From contig NMRA01000654.1 in the NCBI GenBank assembly GCA_002633005.1, positions 60,120 to 124,119 on the forward strand: 64,000 nucleotides of DNA, in the 5' to 3' direction. The position numbers and the translations under genes are program-made. Numbering within the stretch: the first letter of the stretch is position 1; each line of letters opens with the position of its first letter. Origin of the DNA: Phoronis australis. Its lineage: Eukaryota; Animalia; Phoronida. Under the pieces are notes generated by a model. It worked only from the letters and a program-made list of their open reading frames with translations. It had not been told where the DNA came from and made no database searches. Positions 40,401-53,800 of this stretch are shown piece after piece.

Positions 40401-43400
40401 CCACTAGCCATGTATTAGATGTCTCCCATCAACACTTGTTGTGGTTTCTTATGTTGTGGTTTGATGGAATAATGCAATATTGTCATGTGCACCATATTTT
40501 TATTGGCTGACATTGCTGGACTGTTTTTCTCTTTCTCTCGTGGGGGAATCCTGATTTTGTTTTCTACCCAACTGTACACTTTTTGTTGCAAAACAATTGA
40601 GCAGTTTTCAAGGTTGATGTCTCACACCGTTATCTAATATGTATTGAATTTGTTATAGAGCGTATTTGTGCAATTGATTATTGTTTGGTTTCACAAGCTG
40701 CATTTCATTATTGGCAAACACGTTATTTGATGGTGGTTTGTGTACATTGATTTGTGCACTTACTCACTTGTAAATGTGTGCAGAATATGCACATGCATAC
40801 ATAAATATGCGTAGAATATGCACATGCATACATAAATATCCATCCCATTCCTGGGCTCTGTCACATGAAAAGTGAAGTTATTAAGTAAAAGACTTGAGTC
40901 AGAAACTTAAAGTCTTATGCTCCTCACTACAACTTCAGGAAAAAGAAATCGCGTTTCACAAAAGTGCAGTCTTTGACAGAATCGACACTAACTGCAAGTT
41001 ACTGAGACAATTTCTGTTAATTACTTCTATAGTGCTACTGTTCATTATAAGTTAGCTTAGCATTGTCTCCTAGTAAGACTTCAGCTTCCTCATTGCAATT
41101 ACTGATAGTAATTGCCAAGTGGGGACAGAGAGTGAGACTGAATTTCAATGGTGAGTCCTAAGTCACTTTTCATGACTCAAACCTCTGAATTTTATCTTCA
41201 GGTTGCCGAGAGTAAAATATCTATTTGGTGAAATTAGTAATCTTGTGATAATTGATTACAACTTTTTCTTTTAATAAATTTAATGAAATGTCCATGGTTA
41301 TTTGGCTATAGTAATTTTTTCGCCGAGCATTGAGCTTTTTACACTTTTTGACAAATTGTGCAAAGTTTAACAAATTTGTACGCCTCTTTTAGAAAGTTGA
41401 GAAAAGGGTCCATTTTGCTGAGTGTCTCCTACTGTTAAGTTGTTTATACCATAGTGTTGTTTCAAAACCAACCATTTAGCCGATCATTTACAAAACTACA
41501 GAATTGAACTCCTGCAAAAGTATATATTTTCTGAAGGTATAAATTTTGGTTTTTGATTTTATACCAATCTGACTCTGATAAGGTCACATCACCTTGTTTT
41601 TTGGAAAATTTAGCATACAAGAAATTTTGTATGATATGTTTTAGATAAAATCTCAAAAATCGTGCTACAGTTTTCTTAAGTATCGCAACGTAATTTTTTT
41701 TCGAAAAAATCATATTAGCCTTACTCTTAGTTCGTGACGGCCTCTCGTTCAAAAGCGGAACATTTTAAAAACAATTTCTAATTGCGTTTTGGAGAACAGT
41801 TTCATATGAATCTGATAAGCCTGGTTTCTGTGATAGGATGTTCCCAAGTTGGCCGAAATTGGACATTTTCTAGAGCCCTACGTTAACCTTAAGTACTTTC
41901 AAGGACTTGGTCATTATGATGGGTTGTTCCCAGAACAGCTGGTTTTACTTTCAATATGTTCATGTCTCCCATTAGCCGTGGCTGGTCAATGGCAGTTTTT
42001 TAACCTAACTCGGAAGGAGTTCCTCTTACCTGCACTTGCCATCAACTCCTACGTGATTGCAGAGTCTAAACAGGCTACACAGCAAAGCAATCCAGCCTGC
42101 CAATCGAGCCGGTTTCGAAACAATTGAAAGCTGCGAACTTAACCGGAATTAAGACCAGGGGCCCGTTCCAACAAAACAGACTTAGCTAAGACAAATCTTA
42201 AATTTTAGTAAATTTTAAAATACAAGTTAAATTTGTCTCAAAACGAATTCAAGAAAGAGATCTAAAGTTCGGCTTAAGTGTGTGACATAATTTTTGTCTT
42301 AATTTTGACTAACTTACCGAACGTGGAAGTTTCAAAGTTGGGAATTTAAGACAAATCTTAAACTTAAGTCAAAAATGAACTTAAGTCAGTTTCTTGGAAC
42401 AGGCCCCAGGAACACATTATGTGAAGTTTTAGCACACAGGAGTCCTTTTGTAAGAAATTATAAATCCCAAAGTGGAACCTTTTGCATGGACGAAATTTGA
42501 TATGGGCGCATCCATTGTTTGCATTCTATGCATGTGAAATATCCGAGGTTTGTGCTCTATTTTAGTCCTACTGGGGCTAACCTTCCTGGGTGCCTGTAGG
42601 TGGGAGTATCTCCCTCGGGAAAAAGATTAAGTTTACTTAACTCTTCTATCGGGATACTCAGCTATTTTAGGTGGTATGGGCTGTGTACATCTGAATATTA
42701 GGATATCCACTCTTTAGAGAATGGTTTGAAAAAAGGCTCCGTTTGTTATTGGGATGCGTTTACATGAAGATTGTCGTCCTTTCAAGCCGTCCTGGGAAAA
42801 TCACACTTTCTTTTCTATAATGTCCACAGACAATGTTTTATTGGAAATCTACACAGTAAATGTAAATGGACACTTCAGACAATCCTCCATCTAACCGGCA
42901 AAGTCTGTGATAGCTCCCCCTTGTGGACACAATTTTGGCTATTGGAGAGTTACAGTCCATGCAGGGCCAGCCCCTGTCTCTGCTCATCTTCATGTGAACA
43001 CCAATCTTACCTTGACAACACAACGCGTAGCAACAAAAATGAGTGTGCTCCAAACTGGAGCTGTGAAAAAGTGCTAACCACAATCTGGTTGCTATTAGAA
43101 CAAGATAATCCCAAACGATGCTTGAAATGGGCTCCCAGAAGTCATGCTGTGTGCCTCTCTATTGGCAGCGTGACATCATGAAAAAATCATCCACAACCGC
43201 TGCTAATGTGATTTTAGTGACTATTTAAAAGGTCGTAGGGATAATAAAATCTACGCCCCTTGGTATTTAGGTTGGATAGATCACATTGTCTGCATGTTAA
43301 TGATCCTGCCACGGCAATTGAGGGTTGTTGGATGTGATAATAATATTCATGAGCCTCGGTGTGTTTTTTTTTGGTGTTTACTTGACATGTTCTATAGTTC

Positions 43401-46400
43401 GAATTGGCAAACCTCCAATCGCTTATGAATGAAATCTATGGACCATCTTGTTAGTTCGTACAAAAAGACAATTTGGTGTCTTATAATCACTTTATACTTC
43501 CAAACTGTGTATTTCTATGGAATGAAGGAATTTGTCATAGATTATCTAACATTGATATGCTCTATTCACCATGGCAACGTGGTGTAAGGGACTATTAATT
43601 CAATTAATTTTTGCTGTCAAATATGTGATTGTAGAAGGCTGCTGTGTTAAAGTGGCAAAAATGCTCTAGAAGTTTCATTATTGCTTGCAAAAACACTAGC
43701 ATGAGCAGTTTAGCCAGGCAGACAAGCTGTACACCAGCAGTGAATTTGTATTATCACCACACCAATCAATTTTAAGCACAAACTGAGGTCCAAATCACAT
43801 CTTCAATCTCTGACACAAATTGATTTTCGTGACGACAAACAAAGTGCTCTACACACATGGACATGCATGTTATTTGAAGTAAGCTGACTGGCTTACAAAA
43901 GTTCTTGCAAAAACATCTCAACAGTTTTTGGCTAATTCAAAGTATCAGTAAAAGTGATGCTAATGTCACCATGCGAATGGCTGGTGTGTTTTTGATACTG
44001 GCGAAAATGTTACAGCTTTAGCCACCCCCTCACATATATCCTTCGCACAAACTTGAGAAACGGCTAAGGTTTTGCCAGCACTTTTGCTAGTACGGTAGCA
44101 ATACGCCAGTTGTGAACAGTTATAAGTGTCACTGTCGCTGGCAGTTTGACTGAGTTACCCAAAATCGCTAGCATTTTTGTCTGTAGCGTACTATTGTAGC
44201 CAGAGACACAGGTGGACAGAAATGAAAGGCCTTTGTTGCTGTATTAATCAATTCATGGCTGATAGTTAACATGTTTTGACGTAAACAAATTACCTGCTGG
44301 CGACTATGACCCCCACCCAGACAGCTCCTTTGTCTAGCTAAAACATTTACATTTTCACTAAGGGTTTCAGACATTAACTGCTACCATTTTCGCTACTCAT
44401 GTGAACCTGTTTATGGGAGGGTTGCAGTCCATTTCAGTGTTTTCCACAAGCTGTTTTTGGCTTATCGTGACGAGTTTTGCTTACTTGCAACGAGTTTGAA
44501 TTATTTTGTAAGCAAATTAGGATATTTTGGATTTTTGGTATCAGTTCAATGGGTTTATTTCAAGCCTTAAAGTTTACACACAAACTCCCCACAGTACGGC
44601 AGATATAGGCTTTCAAACACATTATATTATTTTTTAATTCCCGTCGAGTTTGAATTTTCTGTTTTTGTTTGGCAAATCTTACCTTACAGGATTTGCACGC
44701 AACAGGACGAGAAAGTGTACACTGTTTATCCCAGAGCACCCACCCAAGTCCGAGGCACACCAAAGGCTTGATGGTGCTGTCACGGATTGAAGTGAGCTAG
44801 TCGCTATTCATAGACTTGGCTGAATGTGCTGCATGAGATAACTGCAGTCGTTAACCAAGAGGCCTGTTCAGCGTACGAGTTTCAAAGTCAAAAAATGAAT
44901 AATAAGGAAGGCAAACGATCAACATGGAATTGAAAAGTCAATGCCATACTATCCATTTTTGAATTTTTAAAATCGATACATTATGAGAGAAATTGCTAGG
45001 CAGGTTTTCTTCGGCATCACGGCTAAGCCACGAGCATTAATTTGTGAATCGATATGGGTTAGTAACAGTCTAGTTGGCTTAGGATTGCGTGGCGTTGGAA
45101 TAACAAAACCGCAAATGCTAGCATCATGCAAAGAGTAATACGAATCGCTAACACTAATAAGTCATTAGAGGCCATCAGTTTATGGACCATCCATGACTAT
45201 GATTAACAAAATATATGTTGAGATGTCACATCTATGACTGTTAACAAAATGTACGTTGGGATATCAAATTCATGGCTATTAACAAGATGTACATTGAGAA
45301 ATCATATCCATGACTATTAACAAGATGTACGTTGGAATATCATATCCATGACTATTAACAAGATATACGTTGGGATATCATATCCATGACTATTAACAAG
45401 ATATACGTTGGGATATCATATCCATGACTATTAACAAGATATACGTTGGAATATCATATCCATGGCTATTAACAAGATATACGTTGGAATATCATATCCA
45501 TGGCTATTAACAAGATGTACGTTGGGATATCATATCCATGGCTATTAACAAGATATACGTTGGAATATCATATCCATGGCTATTAACAAAGTGTATGTTG
45601 AGATATCATATCCATGACTATTAATAATATGTACATTGGAATATCAAAGAAGCTATAAACCCATCTGGTCGTCTAAAAATCTTATTTTTAATTTAGACCA
45701 CTTACCGTGATGATATTGGCTTCATATTTTTCCTCGATCAATTTAGAGATGCTTTTTGAACTGACAGTTTGCTATCATAGTACGAGATCAAGCTCAGCTA
45801 GTTGATTTGTCCCGGTGTCTCACTTGATGTGCCGAGCATGGTCCGATGCAGTAACTGTTAGTGTCACCAAACCCAGAAACCACTTCTCATCTCTAAGTTG
45901 GGACCAAGTTGAGCTCAGTTTTGTAGTAGTAATGAGTCTAAATTGGCAAAAATTGGTTTACTTCACACAACATGGTTTCACAGGTGCTTTGACAGCTGCC
46001 TTGAACTTTTAAATTTCTCCAAAAATACTTGACCAGAAGGTTTGTGTGGAGAAGAAGGACAGTACTTTGGAAATACGTGTATGGTAAAATTCCCTAGTTT
46101 GGGAAAGTCTCTAAATTTGGGACTCTGAAATTCAAGCCAAACATTAATGCTTTTGATTCTGAAGATTGGGATACTGGGTATGTAATTTGGCATGTTTAAC
46201 GAGTATCGGACGCCGCATTTTGTGTGAACAAAGTCTTATATGAAATCATCGAAAATGGCTGCCAATACGAAATTCACCTTTCTTACGATTCTTAAATATG
46301 GGCAGCCAATTTTGCCAGTATTCTCCCAGTATTTCTAAAATTTGGTGCAAGCTCTGACCTTGAGCAAAATATACGGCAGAACCCCTTTCAAGTCATTGTG

Positions 46401-47837
46401 CCCAGTTATTAACAATAATTGTGGGCTGATGATGTCATGAGCTGAAAAACCATAACTTGATTGAGTTTTTTAAGAAAACCGGTGCTTACTAATGTCTAGC
46501 TGTCTTGGAGTGTTCGGGTGAACATTGAATGTAGAAAATTAAGATGGCTGACATCTACTGCCATCTGTTGGTGTTTTAGTAGCTTAAGTTGCACAGTATC
46601 ATGTTAGGTACCTGGTTATGTAAAGTTTCCAACTAAAAATTCTGCTTTAGTAAATACTTCGACATTGAAAAAAACTGACCAAGATGAGAATGCAGCGTAT
46701 CTTGTTTTCACAAATTTCCCATCGCATCCTATTTTTGCAGTGACTGTAACTCCGAGAAATGAGTGCAAACGTAAATCTTTTACCCCACCTGTGGAAAAAA
46801 CCTGACTGTGCAAATTTTGCTTGGGGATTGTTCTGCAGTGCAGGTGTTGTTGGTGAATCGGTTTTTGTTTAGACTTTCATTGTGAACCATGCTGTTGACT
46901 TCTTTTGTGGTCAAAATTATCTCCAGCCTTGGGAATGTTAGGTGGCAGGACAAGATTATGGTTTTGTTTTCGTTTAAGATTTGCTCTCAAGATCTTTTCA
47001 GTTGGCATACTCCATGAATTTGAATAAAGAAACACAGGCAGGGGACTAAGTTAATTCCTGTGATGTCGTATTTTTGTTGAATCTGGGACGGATGTATGCT
47101 TTTAACGTCCCGCATCTGATGTCATTAGAAGTCATTCATTTGATATTCATCATTCATAATAACAACCGATGGCTGGAAATTTTCTTAGAAAACTAACTCA
47201 TCCTTGACAAATCTTAAACTTCAACCAATTTTCAGCTAAATCTCAACTTTGTCTTAAGTCTAGTCCAAGAAAGTGATCACGTATCTGACCTAGTTTTGCT
47301 GTAAATTCGTCTTAACATACCGGATGTGGAAATCTCTATGGGTGGAGGTTGAGACTAAAGAAAGCACTTCCCCTGCAGGTGATCAAATGGAGAATTGCAA
47401 GCAAAATTTTTCTCCGTCCGACTTGTCCTGCTTTGTGGCTGGAAAATCTTATCTGTCTGCATTATTCCGGCCAAAATCAAACTTGACCAACCTGGCTTTC
47501 AAGAAATTTTCAACCTGGGAAATGCTTCCCGCTTACAACCCATCTGACTCATTGTCCATGCTTGGAAAATACAGTGTCATATGTGACCCACTATGTAGTT
47601 AAATTTAAGTGGATTAAATCTTAAATAGTGAAATTTTGATTTTTGTTATTAAAAACAAGTAAAAGCAAAATTTCAATTGAGAACCCTATGAGTGTTGATC
47701 ACAAGTACCTTTGTGCAGCCTAGAATTCCTGGTTTCCACTTAATATTTCAAATTTCGCCATGGAATTCTTTTAAGGTCGAAATTATGGGACTGGGAATTT
47801 TTCCTGTATTGAACATTGATAACAATGCCCTTGTATG

Positions 47838-47869
<32 letters not shown>

Positions 47870-50800
47870 TGCGTGTGTGCGCACACGCGCATGCATGTGC
47901 GTGTGTGCGTGTTTCATGCAACACATCATCTATGTATGACTAGCATTAATGACATTCTTGGGTATGTAGTCAATGTTTAGAATTTGTAAGCCACAGACTT
48001 CAATGAAACTGATAGTGTGGTCAGTTGTGACCTGGTGGGAGTAGTTTCAATGTATCACCCACATCCTGCAAAATCTTGAAATTGCATCTAATTTGTTTTT
48101 GATATGAACTTTTCGTGGTGGTGATTTGCATTTCTTTTAGTTACCATCATGGGTGATCCTGTTCTTTTCATAGGAGGAGAATTTCTGGTGGGATGTTTCT
48201 TGAAAAACTGACCTCTAGTCAAGCCATGTCCAGTAGTGGTAATTGATAGTGCTTATATTTGAACCAGGGACAGAGATGTTTTACCTTATCTTGGTTAGAC
48301 ACTCTCGCCTGTTGAAGTGTTATGGAGTCTGGCTCTGCTGAATAACAGGGGCTCAGTCCTGTGGTATTCTTTTCAACAGTGTTTGAATTTGTTTACATTA
48401 GCCTTTCCTATTAGGCTGGCCTTGTGTTTATAGATATAACATATCTGTTCCAGCACATACCTCTGAAACCTGATTCTGACCCTCGCCTCTCACTGTACAT
48501 CAGCCAATCAGCTGGTCAATCAGTTTAGCTGTAGTTAGCCACACCCTCTTGGTGACTGATTGGCAGTTGTCAAACAGGGCTCAGCAGTCACATTCAGTGG
48601 CGTGTATTAAGAAAAACAGTAAAATTTGGAAAACAGTAGACTCTGTTTTGCTTGGATCATGACTCCATGGGTTGTCTGTGGTCTGAGTAAACCCAACTAT
48701 GTCTAAGTTTTTCTAACAGAGGGTGTGGCCTACGCAGGGGGTGTGCTACAGTTACAGGATGTGTCACATATACCCTGGGGTCAGCATTATGTGGTTTGCT
48801 CATTAACTCTGTGGTCCAGACTGCTGGGGGCTGATGAACCTAAGATTCCTTTGGTAAGGGGCTGTGGTGGCAATCAGTTAAAGGGTTTGGCCTGATAAAC
48901 AACACCCTGGTCTAACAGCACATAACACCAGCTACAGGGGGGCATCCTGGGCTATTTGTCTGTCAGTTAGCTTAGGTTGATGAACACTTGTGGGAGTAGG
49001 TTGAGTTTTTGACAATCATGCCTGTCTGCACATGGAGAGAAAGGGGGCTATCATTGTTACTGAGATGGGTTGGTTAACAGTGACATTTGTAGGTCTTAGA
49101 GAGATTTTTGTGTTGAAAGGGCTATTAAAAAGTGAAGATCAACTTCAGCATGCATTTTGCGGTGTACCCTGCAGAAATAACTTGATTCAGATTTGCCCTT
49201 ATGAAATTGGTCTCAAATTGTTATCTAGTCAAAGCAGAGGTAATTTCTGTAGATGGAAATAAATGGCAGTTAATTGGTGTTTGAGACCAGAGTTTACTGG
49301 CGTATCCTAGCAAAATGGAAGTCTCTGTAGTGATTGGTTGGTAAGGTTGGAATGTTGAATTATGGGTAGTATTCACTGTTTCCATTAATAAAAAATTTCT
49401 CGTTGCAAATTCTTTAGAACTGTTTTGGGTCTGCGGAACACACCCCTGGATGTACACGTATTTGTAGAATGTGGTCGCGAGTAATTTAGCGAATTATTCT
49501 TGTTTTCGAATCCTAAAAACACTTCTCACTTATGTTGGGATCAAGTTGAAATAGTTTTATAGCATCAAACAGTCTAAATCAAAAGTTAGCTCATACTGGT
49601 TTACTGCCCCTTCAGTGTGTATTTTGAATGAAACATGCATTGAAATTCCTTCATTATGCGATCGCATATTTATTATGTGGGTGCATATTGTCATCTCTGT
49701 CTGGACATCCAGCGTCCGCAGTTGTATCACCTCGTAATGAGATTTGACAGATGTGTTTCTATGAAGCTTACAGCAGACGACCACGAGTTTTGGACCGATT
49801 TGAGTACCCCTTCCTCCTAGTGGCAATTTTTAGCGTTTGCTTAGAACTGTATCTTTAGAGGTCCTTGATGGATTGTCGTGAAATTTAGCAAATAGGTTTG
49901 TCAATTTAAGAGAGGGTGATGTCTTCCTGTTGTCAGACGGATTTGACATATTCTGCGCCACTTGGAGGCAATTTGTAAAAAAATTGAATATGTTTTTGGC
50001 GTCGACCTTCCTATCTGCCAAACTGTTCAAAGGATCGTTATGAAAATTGGCAGATTAGTTCCTGATCAGAAGAGCATGCCCGGCACTGATTTTCGGACGT
50101 GTTTGACTGCTGTGGCAACCCCTAGTGGCGATTTTTTGTTCTTTGTGTCCACGACTGTATCTCAGATATGTACTGTGGAGATGATAACGGCTGAAAATGA
50201 GTTTCAGACCAATCCGACTACAGATTTTTCACCTAGTGGCCCTGGCCCCCAGACACTTGAGCATTTACTGCAGAGCTGTCCTACCTTAAACACCCTAAGG
50301 TATCATACATGACCCAATCTGGTGGAACTCAAAGTAAAACTGTGGGGCCCAATATCGTCATTGCGGCGAACCACAGTCTTTGCCCAGAAGAGCGGACTGA
50401 ACATCTAAACTAACATGGCTGAAGAAGGAGAAGAAGCACGTTTTTTTCTGTAGATGTGACAGTGGCTGCCCATGACTTGGATGGCTCTGACAACCACTAT
50501 GCCCTCCTCCCCCTTAGGAATAATTATATTTTTTTACCTATATCTCTTATGAGTTCTTTGTTTTTTCATGAAATTTGGAAACAAGTGTCTATTATGAAGA
50601 TGGCAGCATCTTTGCAATTGGCAATTGGTTCTGACGTATTTTGTGCCCCCTAGTGCCCATGTCAATTATTTTTTTCATCTTTTTTGCCATTTGCACCTGT
50701 ATCTGCCAAACCACTCAGAGGACCGTTATGAAATTTGGCTGATGTGTTCTTACTGACATGAGCACGGCTGGCGTGGATTTTCAGATGGGTCCAAAGTAAC

Positions 50801-53800
50801 GGGTGCACCCCCTACTGATATTTTTGCATCTGTGGCTGTATGACTACTAAACCCTTGCACGGTCACAGTTAGTCAAGTCTATTCCTGTTACCGGTAACTC
50901 GACATGGATGGATTCGGCTACCACTGTGCCTTCTAGTGGCAATTTTTTGTCTGCTTCTCTATGTTTGCAGTTCTTTGGTGGATTTTCATGAAAACAGTTT
51001 TCTAATGAGGAGATATTAACAACGCTTTCCCAATTTCGGATGGGTTTGTCTTATTCTGTGCTAGCGAATGGCCATTTTTATGATACTAAAAACAGCGTTA
51101 GAAGCACACCATTTGCGTCATTGGCATGGGTGCATTTCAACTCTCTGCTCTTGTTGACTTGTTTCACTAATTTGAAGAGGAAGAGAATGTTTTAGGTGTA
51201 CTTCCTGACATACATATGTCCACAATTTTGCATGATATTTGACCCCATGGGCATGGCTCAACTAGAAACCAAATCTGATTTCTTGGTTGAAGGACAGGGA
51301 CTTAAGTACTTGGCCAACTTCAGTGAGTTAGTTCCCTGGGCACTTTAATTGTTAAATTAGCTTTGAGACCTTGGCTGGTGCTAACTACTCCAAATTGAAT
51401 GGTAATTAGTCCAAATTGGGCCTTGTCTGTGTAAATAAACCAGACAAAGTGGTGGGGCAGCGGCTTGCTGTCAGCCAGAGAAAGTATAATGTTTATGTAC
51501 TCTCATCAAGACTTTGTGTTTACACAAAGGTGTTTTCAATCACTGGGTGAGGTCACATGAGTAAGTCTGGATGTACCAGTTGCTAATGCTACCTGGTGGT
51601 TGTTGATGTAACTAAGAAAGCTTGGAGATTTTTCACATTTAGCTCGGACACTTCACATCTTATTCAGTCATTTCTTTATAAGTCATTGTTTGCTTTATGA
51701 TAACTTACTTTGAAAGTGGACCTAATGGTCATTACGTGGTCATTTTCTTTGCGGATATGTTTCAAATAATGATAAAGAGGATTCAGTCTTAATATTTTAG
51801 CAACATTTTCTCTGTTAAACTCACGTACTAAAATACAGCAAAGGTGCAGTTTAGAGCATCCTCATATTTAGTCGGAAACTTAAAGTGTGGAAAGTAAACA
51901 ACGTTTTGTAATTAATTACTTGGCGAAATAAATTTCGCCAAGTATGTTGGTCTGACAGCAAGTTTTTTTTGTTCGCTCTCTACAGGTCGCAATTTTCGTC
52001 CGATTTTCACGAAATTTGCACAAAACGTGAAGATCGGGAAGTACTGGAACGCTATTGTTTTTGGTCATGATGGGATACAAAATAGCGGACGTGGCAGCCA
52101 TTTTGTATCCGATTTCACAGTCAAATGCTCGTAGAAGCCGCATTTTTCGACGTATGGGGCTGAAACGTGGTATGATTGTTATAGAGCACATGTGCTACAA
52201 CTGTGCTGAAAATTGTTGACTTCCAGTCAAAGATGGCGGAAATATTGCAAGTGGATCATGCGCACCCCGATATCTGGCCAAAAACATTTTCTCCTCTAGA
52301 GGGCGCATTTGCGAACCAATCAGTTTCAAACTGGTCATGTGTTTGTAGCTATTAATAAGCTTTTATAAAATTTTGTTTAACCGGAAGTCGCTTTCAAGAT
52401 GGCGGCTGTGGCACATGTTCACACGTTTTCAACCGTTCTGCGGTCGCGTTTTTAACGGGAAGAGCAAATGACATGAATTTTTGCATGTGGATTCTGTGAA
52501 GTATGTTCTTTCAAAAAGTCTGCGAGAGCGTATTACTCAGACTTACCATTTTCGAGTTATTTGACTTTGAATTTCCAAAAAAAATGGCAAAATTTCAATT
52601 TTTTCCAAAAATTTATGGAATGTTGCGAAACGTTTAAGTAAGATAGAGTTGGGAATGGGCTTTCAGAAGATATTTTCCATTTTTCGCTACAACGTCTACT
52701 TTTTGAATTATTCTAGATTTTCTGTTCGTTTGGTCTCCATTGCATTGCCAATGCAAGCACACGCAGCTGGCCGGCTCTCTTTTGTTTTGGTTATGCCTGT
52801 ACAAGTTGACCCCGAATGACCCAGCTAGCATCGTCTTACTGTAGACTGGTTTGTTGACCCCAAATGACCAACCTAGCGCTGTTCCTTGGATCGTTCTTGC
52901 TTCTCTGATGAGCTGTGTCTGTTATGTTGCGCCATCTATTCTTTTTTTGATTCTCTTTTCTTGCCATGTATATTAACCGATCAGAAATCTGTACAGCTCG
53001 ATAGAGTTTTAAATGGGCTTTCATAAGATATTTTTCATTTCGCGCTAGTCGTCATGATTGTCGTCGTCGTCCTCCACATCGTCCTGTTTTCGTGTAATTT
53101 CGCCAAGTGTTGCTCCTCCGAGAGCTCTTGTTTAAAATGTAACAGAGCTACCTGGGTGGTCTGGGCTGCATTTCACAAGTGAAGGACACTTGTAAGTTAC
53201 TTGCGGAGTGAGATCTTTGCTTACGCAACAGAAACTGAATTTTTTCCAACAGTACATCTTCGCCAACCAATCACTTGTTAGTGGTGGTTGTTTTGCTCGT
53301 TTACGATAACAAAGTCTGGAGTTTACACTCACCTCACTCTTGTGCGATTTTGCACTGTCACTCGTGATCTTGCTTTTCTCACAAGAAACCTGGAATATGC
53401 AGCCTTCCTTCCAGAGTTACAAAGGTGTTGTACGCTTTGCAATGTCACGTGTCTCATTTGTACTGTTCTCTATATTTAGGCAGACGCCGAGGCTCGACGT
53501 AATCAGCTGATGAAGGATATGGCCCAGCTGAGATTACGTGCAGAGGTCAGCCAGCTGGAGGGGTCCTTGAAGACAGTGGAAGAACCCAGCTTGCCCCCCT
53601 ATGTGGTGCCTGATGCTTCTGCTCTAACAGACTGTCTGCCAGCAATCAGGCAGATGTGTCAATCATCTCGATTCATCATCATCATACCTCTGGCTGGTGG
53701 GTGGAGTCGGTCACTTGTCAATCATTCAAACATGCTCCGCTCCATGTCTAGTGTACCAGTTTGCCCCTTTGCTATCACTAATCAGTAATTTACTATTCAC

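Noticed and set aside
44683-44820. Candidate minus-strand exon with strong AAG|GTAAGA donor
   Set aside because: Stops in all three frames from the most obvious acceptor, no recognisable protein and no partner exons.
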